From positions 172,918,001-172,982,000 of the forward strand of contig NC_042999.1 in the NCBI RefSeq assembly GCF_006345805.1: a stretch of 64,000 nucleotides of DNA, written 5' to 3'. The translations under genes were made by a program, and so were the position numbers. The notes beneath the pieces were generated by a model. That model saw only the letters and a list, made by a program, of their open reading frames with translations, was not told the origin of the DNA and ran no database searches. Origin of the DNA: Octopus sinensis. Its lineage: Eukaryota. This document shows, in pieces, positions 13,325-25,300 of this stretch. How positions within the stretch are numbered: the first letter of the stretch is position 1; each line of letters begins with the position of its first letter.

Positions 13325-13717
13325 AAGGCTGCGAGCTGGTAGATACGTTAGAACGCCGGGCGAAATGCTTAGCAGTATTTCGTCTGCCGATACGTTCTGA
13401 GTTCAAATTCCGCCGAGGTCGACTTTGCCTTTCTTCCTTTCGGGGTCGATAAATTAAGTACCAGTTACGCACTGGGGTTGATGTAATTGACTTAATCCGT
13501 TTGTCTTTGTTTGTCCCCTCTGTGTCTGGCACCTTGTGGGTAGTAAAGAAATAGGTATTTCGTCTCTATCTACGTTCTGAGTTTAAATTCCACCGAGGCC
13601 GACTTTGTCTTCCATCCTTTCCAGGTCGATGAATTAAGTACCAGTTACGTACTGAGGTCGATCTAATCAGCTGGTCTCCTCCCCAAAAATTTCGGGTCTT
13701 GTGCCTAGAGCAGAAAA
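13325..13717 (+). mobile_element. SINE family B, internally duplicated (dimeric) form
   Basis: A-box-like gagctggtaga, B-box-like gagttcaaattcc. The core gaggtcgactttgcc..cggggtcgataaattaagtaccagt occurs twice with two different tails. Confidence 0.85.
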
Positions 13718-15719
13718 GTATATACATATATAATACACACACACACACACACACCTATATATATATACATATATATATATACCTAGGAAACAGACGAGAT
13801 TATCACCATTGAAAGATTTTGGCAACTGACTTATGTCTGCACAATGGAGAAATACTTTGCTAAGTCAGTTTCTCCCAACATTTCAGAAACTTCCTCATCA
13901 CAGTCTTTCACTTTACTCTTGAATTGACGAGGACTTGCGATAGATGTATTTAAAAATGTGTTAGCCGACTATTAAATCAGCTATGAATACTTCAGAAGTG
14001 GTAAATTTACCATCACATTATGGTGCTTTCACGATTCCTCTATAATATCATTTATGTAATCCCATCTTATTTTCAGATATCAGTAACGTCGAAATGTTTC
14101 CCAAGATGGTAACAGATTTTTATTAAATAAATTAAAATTTGAAAGTAATTTCATTAGAAAGCACTTAATCGAGTTTGCTAAGAACAATGTTAATTAATAT
14201 TTATAAGATAGAAGTGAGTAGTAAAATTTTTGTTTAGATTCGCCATTCAAAATAATTATATCCTCAAAATAGAGGAATAAATAAATAAAAAAATAAATAA
14301 TTTGAGTGGACACCAATATAAAAGATAAGTATTTAAGACTTTTATCGATAAAAGCAATCGGAGAGATAGCGAGTTTAACTTACAGATACTTGCACAGGAA
14401 TTTGTTTGCTACGAAACATTCTGCTTGAACAATTTAGCAAATCACATTATGTGAAGAAAATCAAATCTGATGAATTCCGACACCAGGCGGTGTAACTAAT
14501 CGTAGTCAATAACCCCTTAGAGATTAACTTGTCATGTTTTGTAGTCAATCAAATTTTATATCCGGCATCACTGTACTAATACTGTGGTGCTATATAACCA
14601 AACACATAATAAATTTCTGACGCACTAAATAGAAATAAGAAGATAGAAGAAAGGGGACAATATGAAGTTGATGTGAATACCTCATTGACAATGGTGAAGA
14701 TGAACGGGTCCAACTTAATGGCGAAGATGAACAGTCCAACTTAAAGCCGAAGATGGGTGAAGTTTCATCTAGCAAGATTTCATTTTGTGGGTTTGCGTGT
14801 GTGCTTCATACATAAGAGTGTGTATTTCTGCGTGTATGCGTATCGCACGAGTTTGCATGCAACGTAACTGTTCGTGCGCATGTGTGAACGGTGTTTTGTG
14901 CCCCACTGTGTTTTATAAATTAGACGTAAGCTAATTTCATGTTCTTTCACAATACTCTATAATCCACTGAACCGTCTCTTATTTCCACTTCATGTTATTA
15001 AGCGGGGGATAGAAAAATCTCCTTTTGAATAACACATTGATCTAGAGAGCATAGATTTTAACGTTGTAATGCAAAGAAATAGAATTTTCCTCAAAGTTAT
15101 AATGTTATTGCGCATAACATCATTCGATGTTGTTCTATTTTCATCTACGGTGACGTTGTTAGTTTCCAGGCATACTTACTGACAATAGAGTGTAGTATTA
15201 GTGGTAAGATACAGGTCACTGATATCTTACTGGCTGCTCTTCTATAAAGTAGCGTATATGATTTTGCTTATTATATCAGGGATGTTGTTAATGATATATT
15301 CTGACATTTCAAAACCTGCTTAAAACGTCAGGGAATGACTGACGTGCGGACAGGTGGCACCTTTCACAGTATGTCCTGTTATCTACCTAATGACATATCA
15401 ACTGACCACGCTACACGTTCACAGGCACAAAGACACAGAGACACACGTGCGTCTGTATAACCTTATAAATATATACATACAAATACATATTTTTTGTCAC
15501 TGTATCTGAATTTTACTGGATTTTTGACTTTTCATCTCTGGCACGGTATATATCTGTATCTCACACTTAGATTTTAATTTAACCCTTTCCCCTTCCTTAG
15601 AAAATGATTTTACAGCCTTACATCATACTTCAGATAAGTGATGCACGGGCTTCATCAATAAGTCTATTCGTTGGTGCTCGCATCCACACATACATCACAT
15701 ATAAATGTTCATTGTATTT

Positions 15720-15768
<49 letters not shown>

Positions 15769-16908
15769 AATGTTTAAGACAATAGAATATATGTTGGCTA
15801 TGTGTAGGCACGTAGATATTTAAAGAAGATTCACATGATTTATTTCATACTGTTATATTTAAGTATTCTCCTACATGGATTAGTACGATGATAAAAAGTG
15901 TCATATGAATAACTTCATTTGAACATACTTTTGAAATAACAGATATTTTGAGCAAAAAAAAAAAGAAAATATCATTTGTTAGACATCGTGCGGTGACAAG
16001 AACATTAGAAATATACGTCAAGAAATTTATTGAAATTGTCTTATTACTGCCCCTAGCGAAAATACTCAGCTACTCTATGCCGTCACTGAATTATATTACA
16101 TTAACATGTACATAATATCTGAGGTTTTTGTATATAATTTTGTATATAATTTTGTATATAATTTTGTATATAATTTTTAATTTTCGCTTTATGAATACTT
16201 TTGAGAATTATTACATATGCGAATCATATTAATCATGATTTCCGAAAAAGATCTTGCACGATTATGTCGTATTGATTTATTCCGACTCAGCAGACAGCCT
16301 TATACTTTGAGAAGCAGAAGACATAGGGTTTCTAAAGTTCCTGCTGATATCAAGAGTTCACTACATAAGGAAATGTTATTTCAATTGTTTCATTCCCAAA
16401 TATTGCTGTCATAATTTAAAAAATTTAATCAGAAGTTTACTTTGCAACTACGTTTATATAGAGTTTCTTTTATTAGATTCTTATTCTCCCAAGTTTATTC
16501 ATGATGCACAGGGTTTGTTTAATCGTTAGGAAGGGTACTAACTTACATGATATGTGGCTATGTCCACAATCTTTTGGGCAGTAATGATTCATGCTTAGAG
16601 AACAGCTTGCCTCTGAATCTGGAAACTGCTTCAAGGCCGAATTCTGATAACATTTGAAACATATCTTTATAAAGTAAAGTAAGAATTATGAAGAATGAAA
16701 CACTTCTTACGAAAGAATCAGGAAAGATAAGGCCACAGCAGGAAAGCAACTACCAGATTGGATGAAGAATATGAATTGCTTATGGCAAAACCAAGATCCT
16801 TCTCAAAATATATGTAATTAGAATATAGGCTACGTGTAGTTAATACCAAGTTCTTACCTCACTCATAGATACCTATATATACATATGTATATATAAATAT
16901 TATGCAAG

Positions 16909-16981
<73 letters not shown>

Positions 16982-17419
16982 GTGTATATATATGTATACA
17001 TATATATATATACACACTCATAAACACACACACGGGTGTATATATATATCATGATACAGCTATAAAGACTATCGTTCAGGACTTATTGGATTATACATCT
17101 CTCTTCGGTAGAGCCTTGCAATTGACGCAAAAGCAGGATTCTTTACACCTGAAAAATTTCGATAATAGTCTGGGAATTCGACAGTGAAAGTATCCTAAAT
17201 CTTAGGATGAGTACTGCATTGGAATTGCCCTATCTTTCTATTCTGCTAGGACCTTATGTGTGTATGAGTTTATCTGCGCGCGTGTTTGTGGGCGTGTGCA
17301 TTTGGGGACTGTGATTTTGCCAATAAGCACACACACACACTACTTGTTTGATCTGTACATTATTAGCTTTATTATTACTATCATTAACTTTTTCAGTTCT
17401 ATATTTAAGGGGTGGGGAA

Positions 17420-17580
17420 TTATGTACATTATTAACATTATTTACATTATTTACATTATTTACATTTGTCCTCATCTTGTTTGTTGTTAACACGTTTCGG
17501 CTGATATGCGCTCCAGCCTTCATCAGGTGTCTTGGAGAAATTTCGAACCTGGGTTCTCATTCCTAAGGTATTTTCCATGT
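17420..17580 (-). mobile_element. Repeat with hammerhead-like motif and (TGTAAATAA)n tail
   Basis: Minus strand reads gacac-CTGATGA-a-ggctg-gagcgcatat-cagcc-GAAAC-gtgtt; 9-bp tandem tail at ~17425-17465. Confidence 0.65.
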
Positions 17581-17626
17581 TGTTGTTATTATTATTATTA
17601 TTGTTATTATTATTATTATTATTATT

Positions 17627-18660
17627 ACTTTTTTTTCTTCTTTCAAATTTGCTTCCATTTCTTGCCGAGTGTCTTCCCGACTCCTAGGGCAAAGAAACTC
17701 ATAGTATACATTGGTAGGCCATTAAACCAAACTCAGTAGTTCGTTCATTTTTTTTTTTTTAAAGTTAAATTAAAATACATGAGCAGCAACAGTTCTCACA
17801 TCGACAATGCTCTTCTCAATACGTGTGATGTACCAGTTAAGACAATCTTTTGCACTTCTTGCAGGGATGGTAAGCCAGGGATCATTCTCATATAATTTTC
17901 GGTTCCCTTCTTGATCATTCCCAGTGCTCCTACTATCACTGGTATTGTAACCGCCTTGAGATGCCACATTTTCTCAATTTCAATGAGTAGGTCTTTATAT
18001 TTTCTGAGCTTGTCAAACTCTTTCGCTGAGATATTATGATCACAGGGGATGCTCATGTCGATCAATAAGCAAACTTTATTGTTTTGGTCTTTCACAACAA
18101 TATCTGGTTTATTGGCCTTGATGGTTCGGTCTGTATGTACTGGAAAGTCCCACAGAATGGTTACATTTTCTCCTTCAGTTACAGCCTCAGGGTGGTGATT
18201 ATACCACACGGCAGTTTTGATATTGTAATGCTGACTTATTAGCCAGTGGAGATATGGGCCAACTCTGTCATGTCTTAATTTATACTCCACTGGTGCTAAG
18301 ACTTTACATCCAGAGATTAGGTGGTCCACTGTTTCAATCATGTTGTTGCAGAATCGGCATTTTGGGTCTGCTCCATTTTTCATCACATCGGCCTGGTAGT
18401 TCCGGGTTAATAGGCTTTGATCTTGAGCAGCCAGGATGAAACCTTCGCTCTCTGCTTTTAGCCCTGAGCTCCGTAGCCACTGATGGGTTTGCTTCTGGTT
18501 AACATCAGCTTGTTTGCTGCGGGTCACATATTTGCCGTGCAGAGGTTTCTCCTCCCACCTATCAGCCAATTGCTCGTGCGCTTTTTTCATTGCCATCATT
18601 TTCACCTTCTTTGCAACAATAGTTGCCGTATTTCCCTCGGGTTGTTCAGTTTGGGTATCC
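17627..18660 (-). mobile_element. 5'-truncated R4/Dong-clade non-LTR retrotransposon, copy 1 (CCHC knuckle + restriction-like endonuclease)
   Basis: CRFCNNMIETVDHLISGC, RHD, ANKPDIVV..LLIDMSIP and VIVGALG motifs; open to the natural stop at 17796; flanked by (TAA)n on both sides. Confidence 0.92.
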
Positions 18661-18723
<63 letters not shown>

Positions 18724-18724
<1 letters not shown>

Positions 18725-20209
18725 TATGTTTGACTTTTGCTTTATATTTGTACAAGTTGGCTCCAAGTCTCACCCAGAGACCTCAAGAGACAACAGGGTT
18801 GGAAGTTCATGTTGTTGTTATGCCTAGTGTGCCATATATTTTGGGGGGTGGGGATGTTGTACTAATGAATGTCTAAAAAAAAAAAGTTTTTTTTTTTTAA
18901 ACCGAAAATTATGTTTGTTTTAAACCTTGAGATTACATAGTGAGTATTTTGCGTAGGATATGAGCAGTTCCCATGAGCACTATCTTTTGAACTTCTGCCA
19001 TTTTTGGGTTTCCTGGTATCTGAGTTAGGTAGCTATCAGCCCCTTTTGCTATCATTCTCAGGGCACCTATGACAACAGGTATTGTTTTAGTCTTCAGCTT
19101 CCACATTTTGCTGATTTCTATTTCAAGATCTTTATATTTGCACAGTTTTTGGTAGGTCTTGACAGATACGTTTATATCGATTGGGACAGTCATATCAATG
19201 AGGAGGCATGTTCTTTCTTTGAAGTCTTTCAATATGATGTCTGGCCTATTTTCATCTATCTTCCTGTCAGTTTAAATGGTGAAGTTCCAGAGGAGTGAGA
19301 TGTGGTCATTTTCAAGCACTGGGGGTGGTTTGTGTTCCCACCAGTTTTTTTCATGGGGCAAATCCAGGTTTTTACAGATTACCCAGTGAATATATTGTGC
19401 AGCTCTATCGTGCCTGTTGAGATACTCTGTAGGCGCTAGAAGACTGCACTTGGAGACCACATGGTCAATGGTTTCATTTTGTTGCTTGCATACACGACAC
19501 GTTGGACTGCTTCTGATCTTTAATATGTTGGCCTGGTAGTTTCTTGTTGGTAGGCATTGATCTTGAGCTGCTATGATAAACCCCTCTGTTTCAGATTTTA
19601 AGCCAGAGGCCATTAGCCATTGATGGGTCAGGGCTTTGTCGATATCTGCATTATTCGCTCTCTTTGGGTATTTGCCATAGAGAGGTTTTTCTTGCCATTT
19701 ATTATTCAGAATATCTAAGGCCGCAGTTTTGGCACGGGTTTTCATGCGCCTAGCTTTTTCTGTGCTTGTTTCTTGTATATCTATCTCTAATTCCGAAATT
19801 GGTTGTATTCGGAATTCACTTACGTATTCCTTTGCCTGTTTTGTGACTGAGTATGATGCTTTCTTGTTTTCATGTTTTGAGACAAGTTTTAACATCCAGT
19901 CCTCAGAGTTTTTCAGGTAGGTGTCTAGGCCAATTGTAGCAATCTTCATTGTTATTGCCAGTTGCAAAAGACCACGGCCTCCCTCTTTTCTTGGCAGATA
20001 GAGTCGTTCTGTATCTGCCTTAGGGTGGTGCATTCTATGCATTGTCAACAGTTTCCTTATTTTTCTGTCGAGCTGACATATTTCAGTAATTGACCAGTTA
20101 ACAATATTGAAACTGTAAGTCACGACTGGTATAGCTAATGCATTGATCGCTTCGATCCTGTTTCTTGCATTCAGCTCTGTCTTGAGTATTGCTCTCACTC
20201 TTCGATAGC
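18724..20209 (-). mobile_element. 5'-truncated R4/Dong-clade non-LTR retrotransposon, copy 2
   Basis: RT thumb (LYLPRKEGGRGL), CRVC..ETIDHVVSKC, RHD, NRPDII..LLIDMTVP. ORFs 19272..20198 and 18933..19232 are in the same frame with one premature TAA. Flanked by (TAA)n. Confidence 0.92.
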
Positions 20210-20284
20210 ATTATTATTATAATTATTATTATTATTATTATAATTATTATTATTATTATTATTATTATTACGGCCTAGAATATG

Positions 20285-20390
20285 GCCACGGGCATATGGC
20301 GTAGTGGTTAAGAGCGCGGGCTACTAACCCCAAGATTCCGAGTTCCATTCCAAGTAATGATCTGAATAATGATAATGATAAAGCTAAAGT
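20285..20390 (+). mobile_element. tRNA-derived SINE head (not a functional tRNA)
   Basis: A box tggcgtagtggttaag and degenerate B box gagttccattcc; no acceptor-stem 3' strand; runs into a TAA-like repeat. Confidence 0.6.
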
Positions 20391-20819
20391 GAAGATCAAA
20401 TAAATAATGCGCGTATTCATTGGCAAAGTGACTGTCTCCAAAAATAATAATATCGGTTTCAACACACGAATCCAAATCAAATATCTTGCAAAACAAATAC
20501 ATAAACGCATACATTTGTATGTGTATATGTGTATGTGTGTGTGCGCGCGTGGGTGCCAATGACTATGTGTATGCGCACGCGTGGGTGCGCATGATTATGT
20601 GAGTCTGCATGTGTGTGTGTGTGTGTGTGTGGTTGCTACTGCTTATCCACGAAGCCCTAGTAATTGCAGACACGCGTTTGCGCTTATCTGTCTCTGCTTA
20701 GTATTTTGTATGCCATCTTTACCTCAAATTTTACTCGTATTGTTTGTATAATTTTTCCTTCTTTATTTTCTTTCTCTCATATGTGTGTATGTGTGTGCAC
20801 ATACGCTTGTGTGTGTGTG

Positions 20820-21310
20820 AAACCACGTGGCCTTATTATTAGTTCGTTGTGTAAAAGCCGTCTTGATTCCTGAGAAGGCCAGTATGTTGTTTGCTTCAGT
20901 AAGGTACATCATTGCATGTTATACCAATCTAACAGCTGAAGATGACAAGCAGCCATGTATAAGTGCACTGTTCTCTCCCTTTCGCTGTCACATCCTAGAC
21001 GAAACATTGTGTTAAGGGTCAGAGATCTAAGAGCGTTAGTAGACGGAAACTGAAAGAAGCCTGTCGTATGTATGTATATATATATGTATGTGTGTGTGTT
21101 TGTGTGTCTGTGTTTGTCCCTCTAGTATTGCTTGACAACCGATGCTGGTGTGTTTACGTCCCCGTCACTTAGCGGTTCGGCAAAAAGAGACCGATAGAAT
21201 AAGTACTGGGCTTACAAAGAATAAGTCCCGGGGTCGATTTACTCGACTAAAGGCGGTGCTCCAGCATGGCCGCTGTCAAATGACTGAAACAAGTAAAAGT
21301 AAAAGTAAAA
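20820..21310 (+). mobile_element. Degenerate SINE C-like segment followed by the 3' two-thirds of a well-preserved SINE A
   Basis: gtagacggaaactgaaagaagc ... gaccgatagaataagtact ... gtgctccagcatggccgctgtcaaatgactgaaacaagtaaaagtaaaagt. Confidence 0.75.
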
Positions 21311-23439
21311 AGTAAGTATAGTGCCACGTCATAATCATTCGTGAGTGACGGCTAAAGATACGTGTGTATGTGTGTCTGTGTGTGTGTGTTTGTAAGTTAA
21401 ACACAATTCTGTGACTAGTTCTCGTATATGGTGTTCAAAATTGTTCTTCTTTAGTAAAGAACATTGTGGGTGTTCTCTACTCTGCAGAGTCATTCCATAT
21501 TTTCCCTTGTAGTAAATTCGACTTACAGCTGTTTCTAGTAGTCATTATAGTTTCGTAATTGATAAGTTTACTCAGTCGGCCTATTGTTCGTTTGAGAAAA
21601 ATTGAATGACCTAGAAACTTAATGTTACTTTCGTCAGTCATTTCTGGTTATAATCTGCTTTTTTGTACATTGGAATTAAATGACTTCCATTGAGTGCAGC
21701 TTTAGTAAATGTGATGGAAATAATGACATCACTACGAGTGGCAAACACTGTATTGCCCAATGCTTCAAGCCTGCAACTAAAATAAGTACCATCGTTTGAC
21801 TAACCGAACCTCTTTCACTTTCTCTGTGAGACTAAAATGGGCTGTAATTTGTTCATATCGAGACATCAATTCCTGTATCGGTAACTGAACCCCTCATCCA
21901 GAACTATACAGTTGTAATTTTGGCGTCGACCTTGAGAGAGATAGACAAATAAATGTATAATCACCCATACTTCGTCTTTACCGTATATATCATTGGTTTC
22001 ATTATTCCCAACGTTTCAATAATCGCCCGCCTACTAACGTCGCAGCAGCTGACACTGATATACTGATATAGTCACCACTACAGCACACGTAGACTTAATC
22101 CTGTGTTAAACGCCACATATAGTCACAGTCAATATGAATTTTACCAAAATTTTGATTTTATTCTTAGTGTCAGGTCACCCCCTCAGTAAAAAGCTGGTTG
22201 ATATTATCAAACTAGCTTTAAAACAACACCTGCAATTTAACATTTATGAGCGTGTATGTGTGTCTAAGTGTATATGTTGTTGTTATGATTTACTAGTAAA
22301 GCAAGAAAAAGAAACTTTTAAAAAACTGCAATTTTTCATGTTAAAATTTAATTGGCAATCTAATTGAGAAATGTAATTAAAATATATACTGACATATCGG
22401 TATGGGACTCATATTCTTTTTGCCAGTCTCCTATTTACATAGTTCTGTTCTTATAGAGTATCATTAAGAATATTCATTGAAAAATTTAGTAATTACAATA
22501 ATAGCAGCCAGAAATTAATAAGGTTTGAAGAGCGAAATTTTATTAAAGAAACTCAACAATAAAGATAAATATTGATCCAGGATAATTTAAAATGGTAATA
22601 ATAATGAAAAGAGCATTTTCCGTTTTATTTGCATTGATATCATCATAATAATTTTTCTAAAATCAATTATTCATTATTTTCAAAAATATTTCTTACTTGT
22701 CGCATAATTATGAAATGTAAAAATAGGAATCAACGCCAAAATACGTTATTTCGCTAATAAATAAACCGCTGTCACTCTAATGACTGAAATATTAGATAAT
22801 CGAGAAAAAGTTGTGATAGTCTATAAACCAACAGAAAAAAAATATTTACAAATTGGAATTAATTATTTTGCTGAAAAGAGAAGTTTAACGTTTCGTTGAG
22901 AATGTGGAAAGTTTATGTCACTTGACTCGACTAACAAAAATGATAAACTAATAAAACCAGTGTTCCTTATGTTAAATTTTAGGCCAAAGGTTGGGGTTGC
23001 ATGTTTAAAAATCTCCACATAGCTCCGCATGCCTTTTTCGCTATGACAGAAAGAAGAACTGATCTAAGTGTACAACACATGAATATCACTTGCAGGTTGC
23101 ACAAATAGAGTTTATACCTACTTTTGCGGTGATATATGTTATATATGATTCACATTTTTCCTGGAAAGTCTCAGAACTGCATTTTGCTCCATGGGAAAAA
23201 TAATTTTCGAAAATTATCAGAAATGTTATTGACAATATTGCTCCGCCAAGGCTTGCGAAAATTAAAATAGCTTGTGCTGTGATCTAAGGAAGCTGCAGCG
23301 ATCATCATAAATACCAGGCATTACCCATTCCATAATTTCCCATTATTACCCTTGACAAAAGCAAAGTGAAACAAACTGAAAGACGCAGACATTACGACGT
23401 GTGTTCCCTGGAAATAACCTGCTCGTGAAATTAACGTAC

Positions 23440-23655
23440 AAGAGTTGAGCACTCCACAGACACACGTATCCTTAAACGTGGTTCTCAGGGTGATTCAGCG
23501 TGACACAGAATGTGACAAGACTGGCCCTTCGAATTACAGGGTCATCTCATTTTTGCCACCCGAGTGAATGGGAGCAAGGACACAACGCACCGCCGAGAAA
23601 CGAACTTACGACCGTGAACCGATTACGTGAACCACTATGTCACGCACCTTTACAC
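23440..23655 (-). mobile_element. tRNA-derived SINE family C
   Basis: ctcatttttgccacccgagtgaatgggagcaa is the reverse complement of ttgctccagtccactcagctggcaaaaatgag at ~37298-37329; tRNA-like head at 23590-23650. Confidence 0.7.
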
Positions 23656-24094
23656 AGACATAAAGTAATTCCTCGTCATGGATATAAAATACATATACAC
23701 ACATACATGCATATATGATCGTTTATATGTATATATATAAGCGTGTGTGTGATCGTTTAATAGCAATTATCTTTCAATTAATTGTAATTATTTTCCACTC
23801 TAAATCTAAATTATACATTGAAAATGTTTATCATGAATAATATTGTGAAACTCTACACTCAATCACAAACTGTAGACACTGACACAGACTCAAAACACAA
23901 ACACACACACACACACACACACGTTCACACACCCCCTGCGTGTGTCTGTGTTTGTATACATTAGATTTCGAAGTAAATAATTTCCAGCATGAAATATAAA
24001 GGATCTAGTATTGAATTAGATATAATTACATCAGTTTCAATTCACTGTACATTTTGTTGACATACCAGGTTAACCCTGTCTTTTATCTTTTCAA

Positions 24095-24465
24095 TTTTAC
24101 TTTTTATGTGGTTGGACTGCAGCCATGCTGGTGCGTCACCTTGAAACGTTCGTTCGAACTATTCTATCGCAGTATTTGTTTTAAATCTGGAACTTAATCT
24201 ATCGGTTTCTTTTGTCAAATCGCAAAGAATACAGAAATATATATTAACAAATATCGGTTGTCATGTGGTACTGGGTGACAAACTCTGATACAGGCATCAA
24301 CACAAACATACACACATAGTTATATATGTAAACGATGGGTTCCCTTTTGTTTCCGTCTACGAAGTTTATTTACAAGGCTTTGGTCGACCCAGACCTAAAG
24401 TGGAACTGAACTCAAAACCACGTGATTACAGTCCAAGCTCCTTACCCACTCTGTCATACTGCACT
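24095..24465 (-). mobile_element. Degenerate near full-length SINE family A
   Basis: gactgcagccatgctgg (tail), tttccgtctac and gaactgaactcaaaaccacgtg (head) in reverse orientation. Confidence 0.7.
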
Positions 24466-24594
24466 TTCTTTCTCTCTTTGATTTTACTTTTTAATTTCAT
24501 AAATGAAGTAAGTTGAATACTAAGTGGTTAAGCAAATGAGGATTTGAAGTGGAGTTTCTTTCATTCAATACGTTAATATTTATTTCTTTATAAG

Positions 24595-25300
24595 GGCGGC
24601 GAGCTGGTAGAAACGTTAGCACGCCGGGCGAAATGCGTAGCCGTATTTCGTCTGCCGTTATGTTCCGAGTTAAAATTCCACCGAAGTCGACTTTGCCATT
24701 CATCCTTTCGGGGTCGATTAAATAAGTACCAGTTAAGCACTGGGATCGATATAATCGACTTAATCCGTCTGTCCTCTCTGTGTTTAGCCCCTTGTGGGTA
24801 GTAAAGAAATAGGTATTTCGTTTGTCTTTACGTTTTGAGTTCAAATTCTTCCGAGGTCGACTTTGCGTTTTATCCTTTCGGGGTCGATAAATTAAGTACC
24901 AGTTGCATACTGGGGTCGGTCTAATCGACTGGCCCCATCCACAGAACTTTTGGGCTTTGGGACTAGAGTAGAAAAGAATATCTATTTCTTTATGAAGGTT
25001 GCCAGCTGGCAGAAATATTAGCACGCCGGGCGAAATGCTTATAGGTATTTGGTATGTCTTTACGTTCTAAGTTCAAATTCCGCCGAGGTCGACTTTGCCT
25101 TTCATCCTTTCGGGGTCGATTAAATAAGTACTAGTTATATACTGATGTCGATATAATCGACTTAATCCGTGTGTCTGTCCTTGTTTATCCTCTCTGTGTT
25201 TAGCCCCTTGTGTGTAATAAAGAAATAGTTATTGCGTACTGGGATCGATCTAATCGATTGGGCTTCCTCCCCAAAGATTTTGGTCTCTGTGCCTTATGAG
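24595..25300 (+). mobile_element. Tandem pair of dimeric SINE family B copies
   Basis: Heads at ~24595 and ~24995; core repeated three times in full; tail 1 (..aaagaaatag) and tail 2 (ctaatcgactgg..) alternate. Confidence 0.85.

Noticed and set aside
14067-14108. Possible micro-exon ttttcag|...|gtaaca
   Set aside because: Weak donor, ~32 nt, no recognisable peptide and no partner exons.
14691-14756. 26-27 bp tandem repeat (atggtgaagatgaacgggtccaactta)
   Set aside because: 2.5 adjacent units without spacers; not CRISPR-like and no supported ORF.
17796-18773. 325-aa ORF with a poly-Ile tract as a chimeric gene
   Set aside because: It begins at GTG in the 3' UTR of the neighbouring element and reads through (ATA)n by chance; only 17796-18660 is real retroelement coding sequence.
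20285-20360. tRNA gene
   Set aside because: B box is degenerate and no acceptor stem closes; it is a SINE head.
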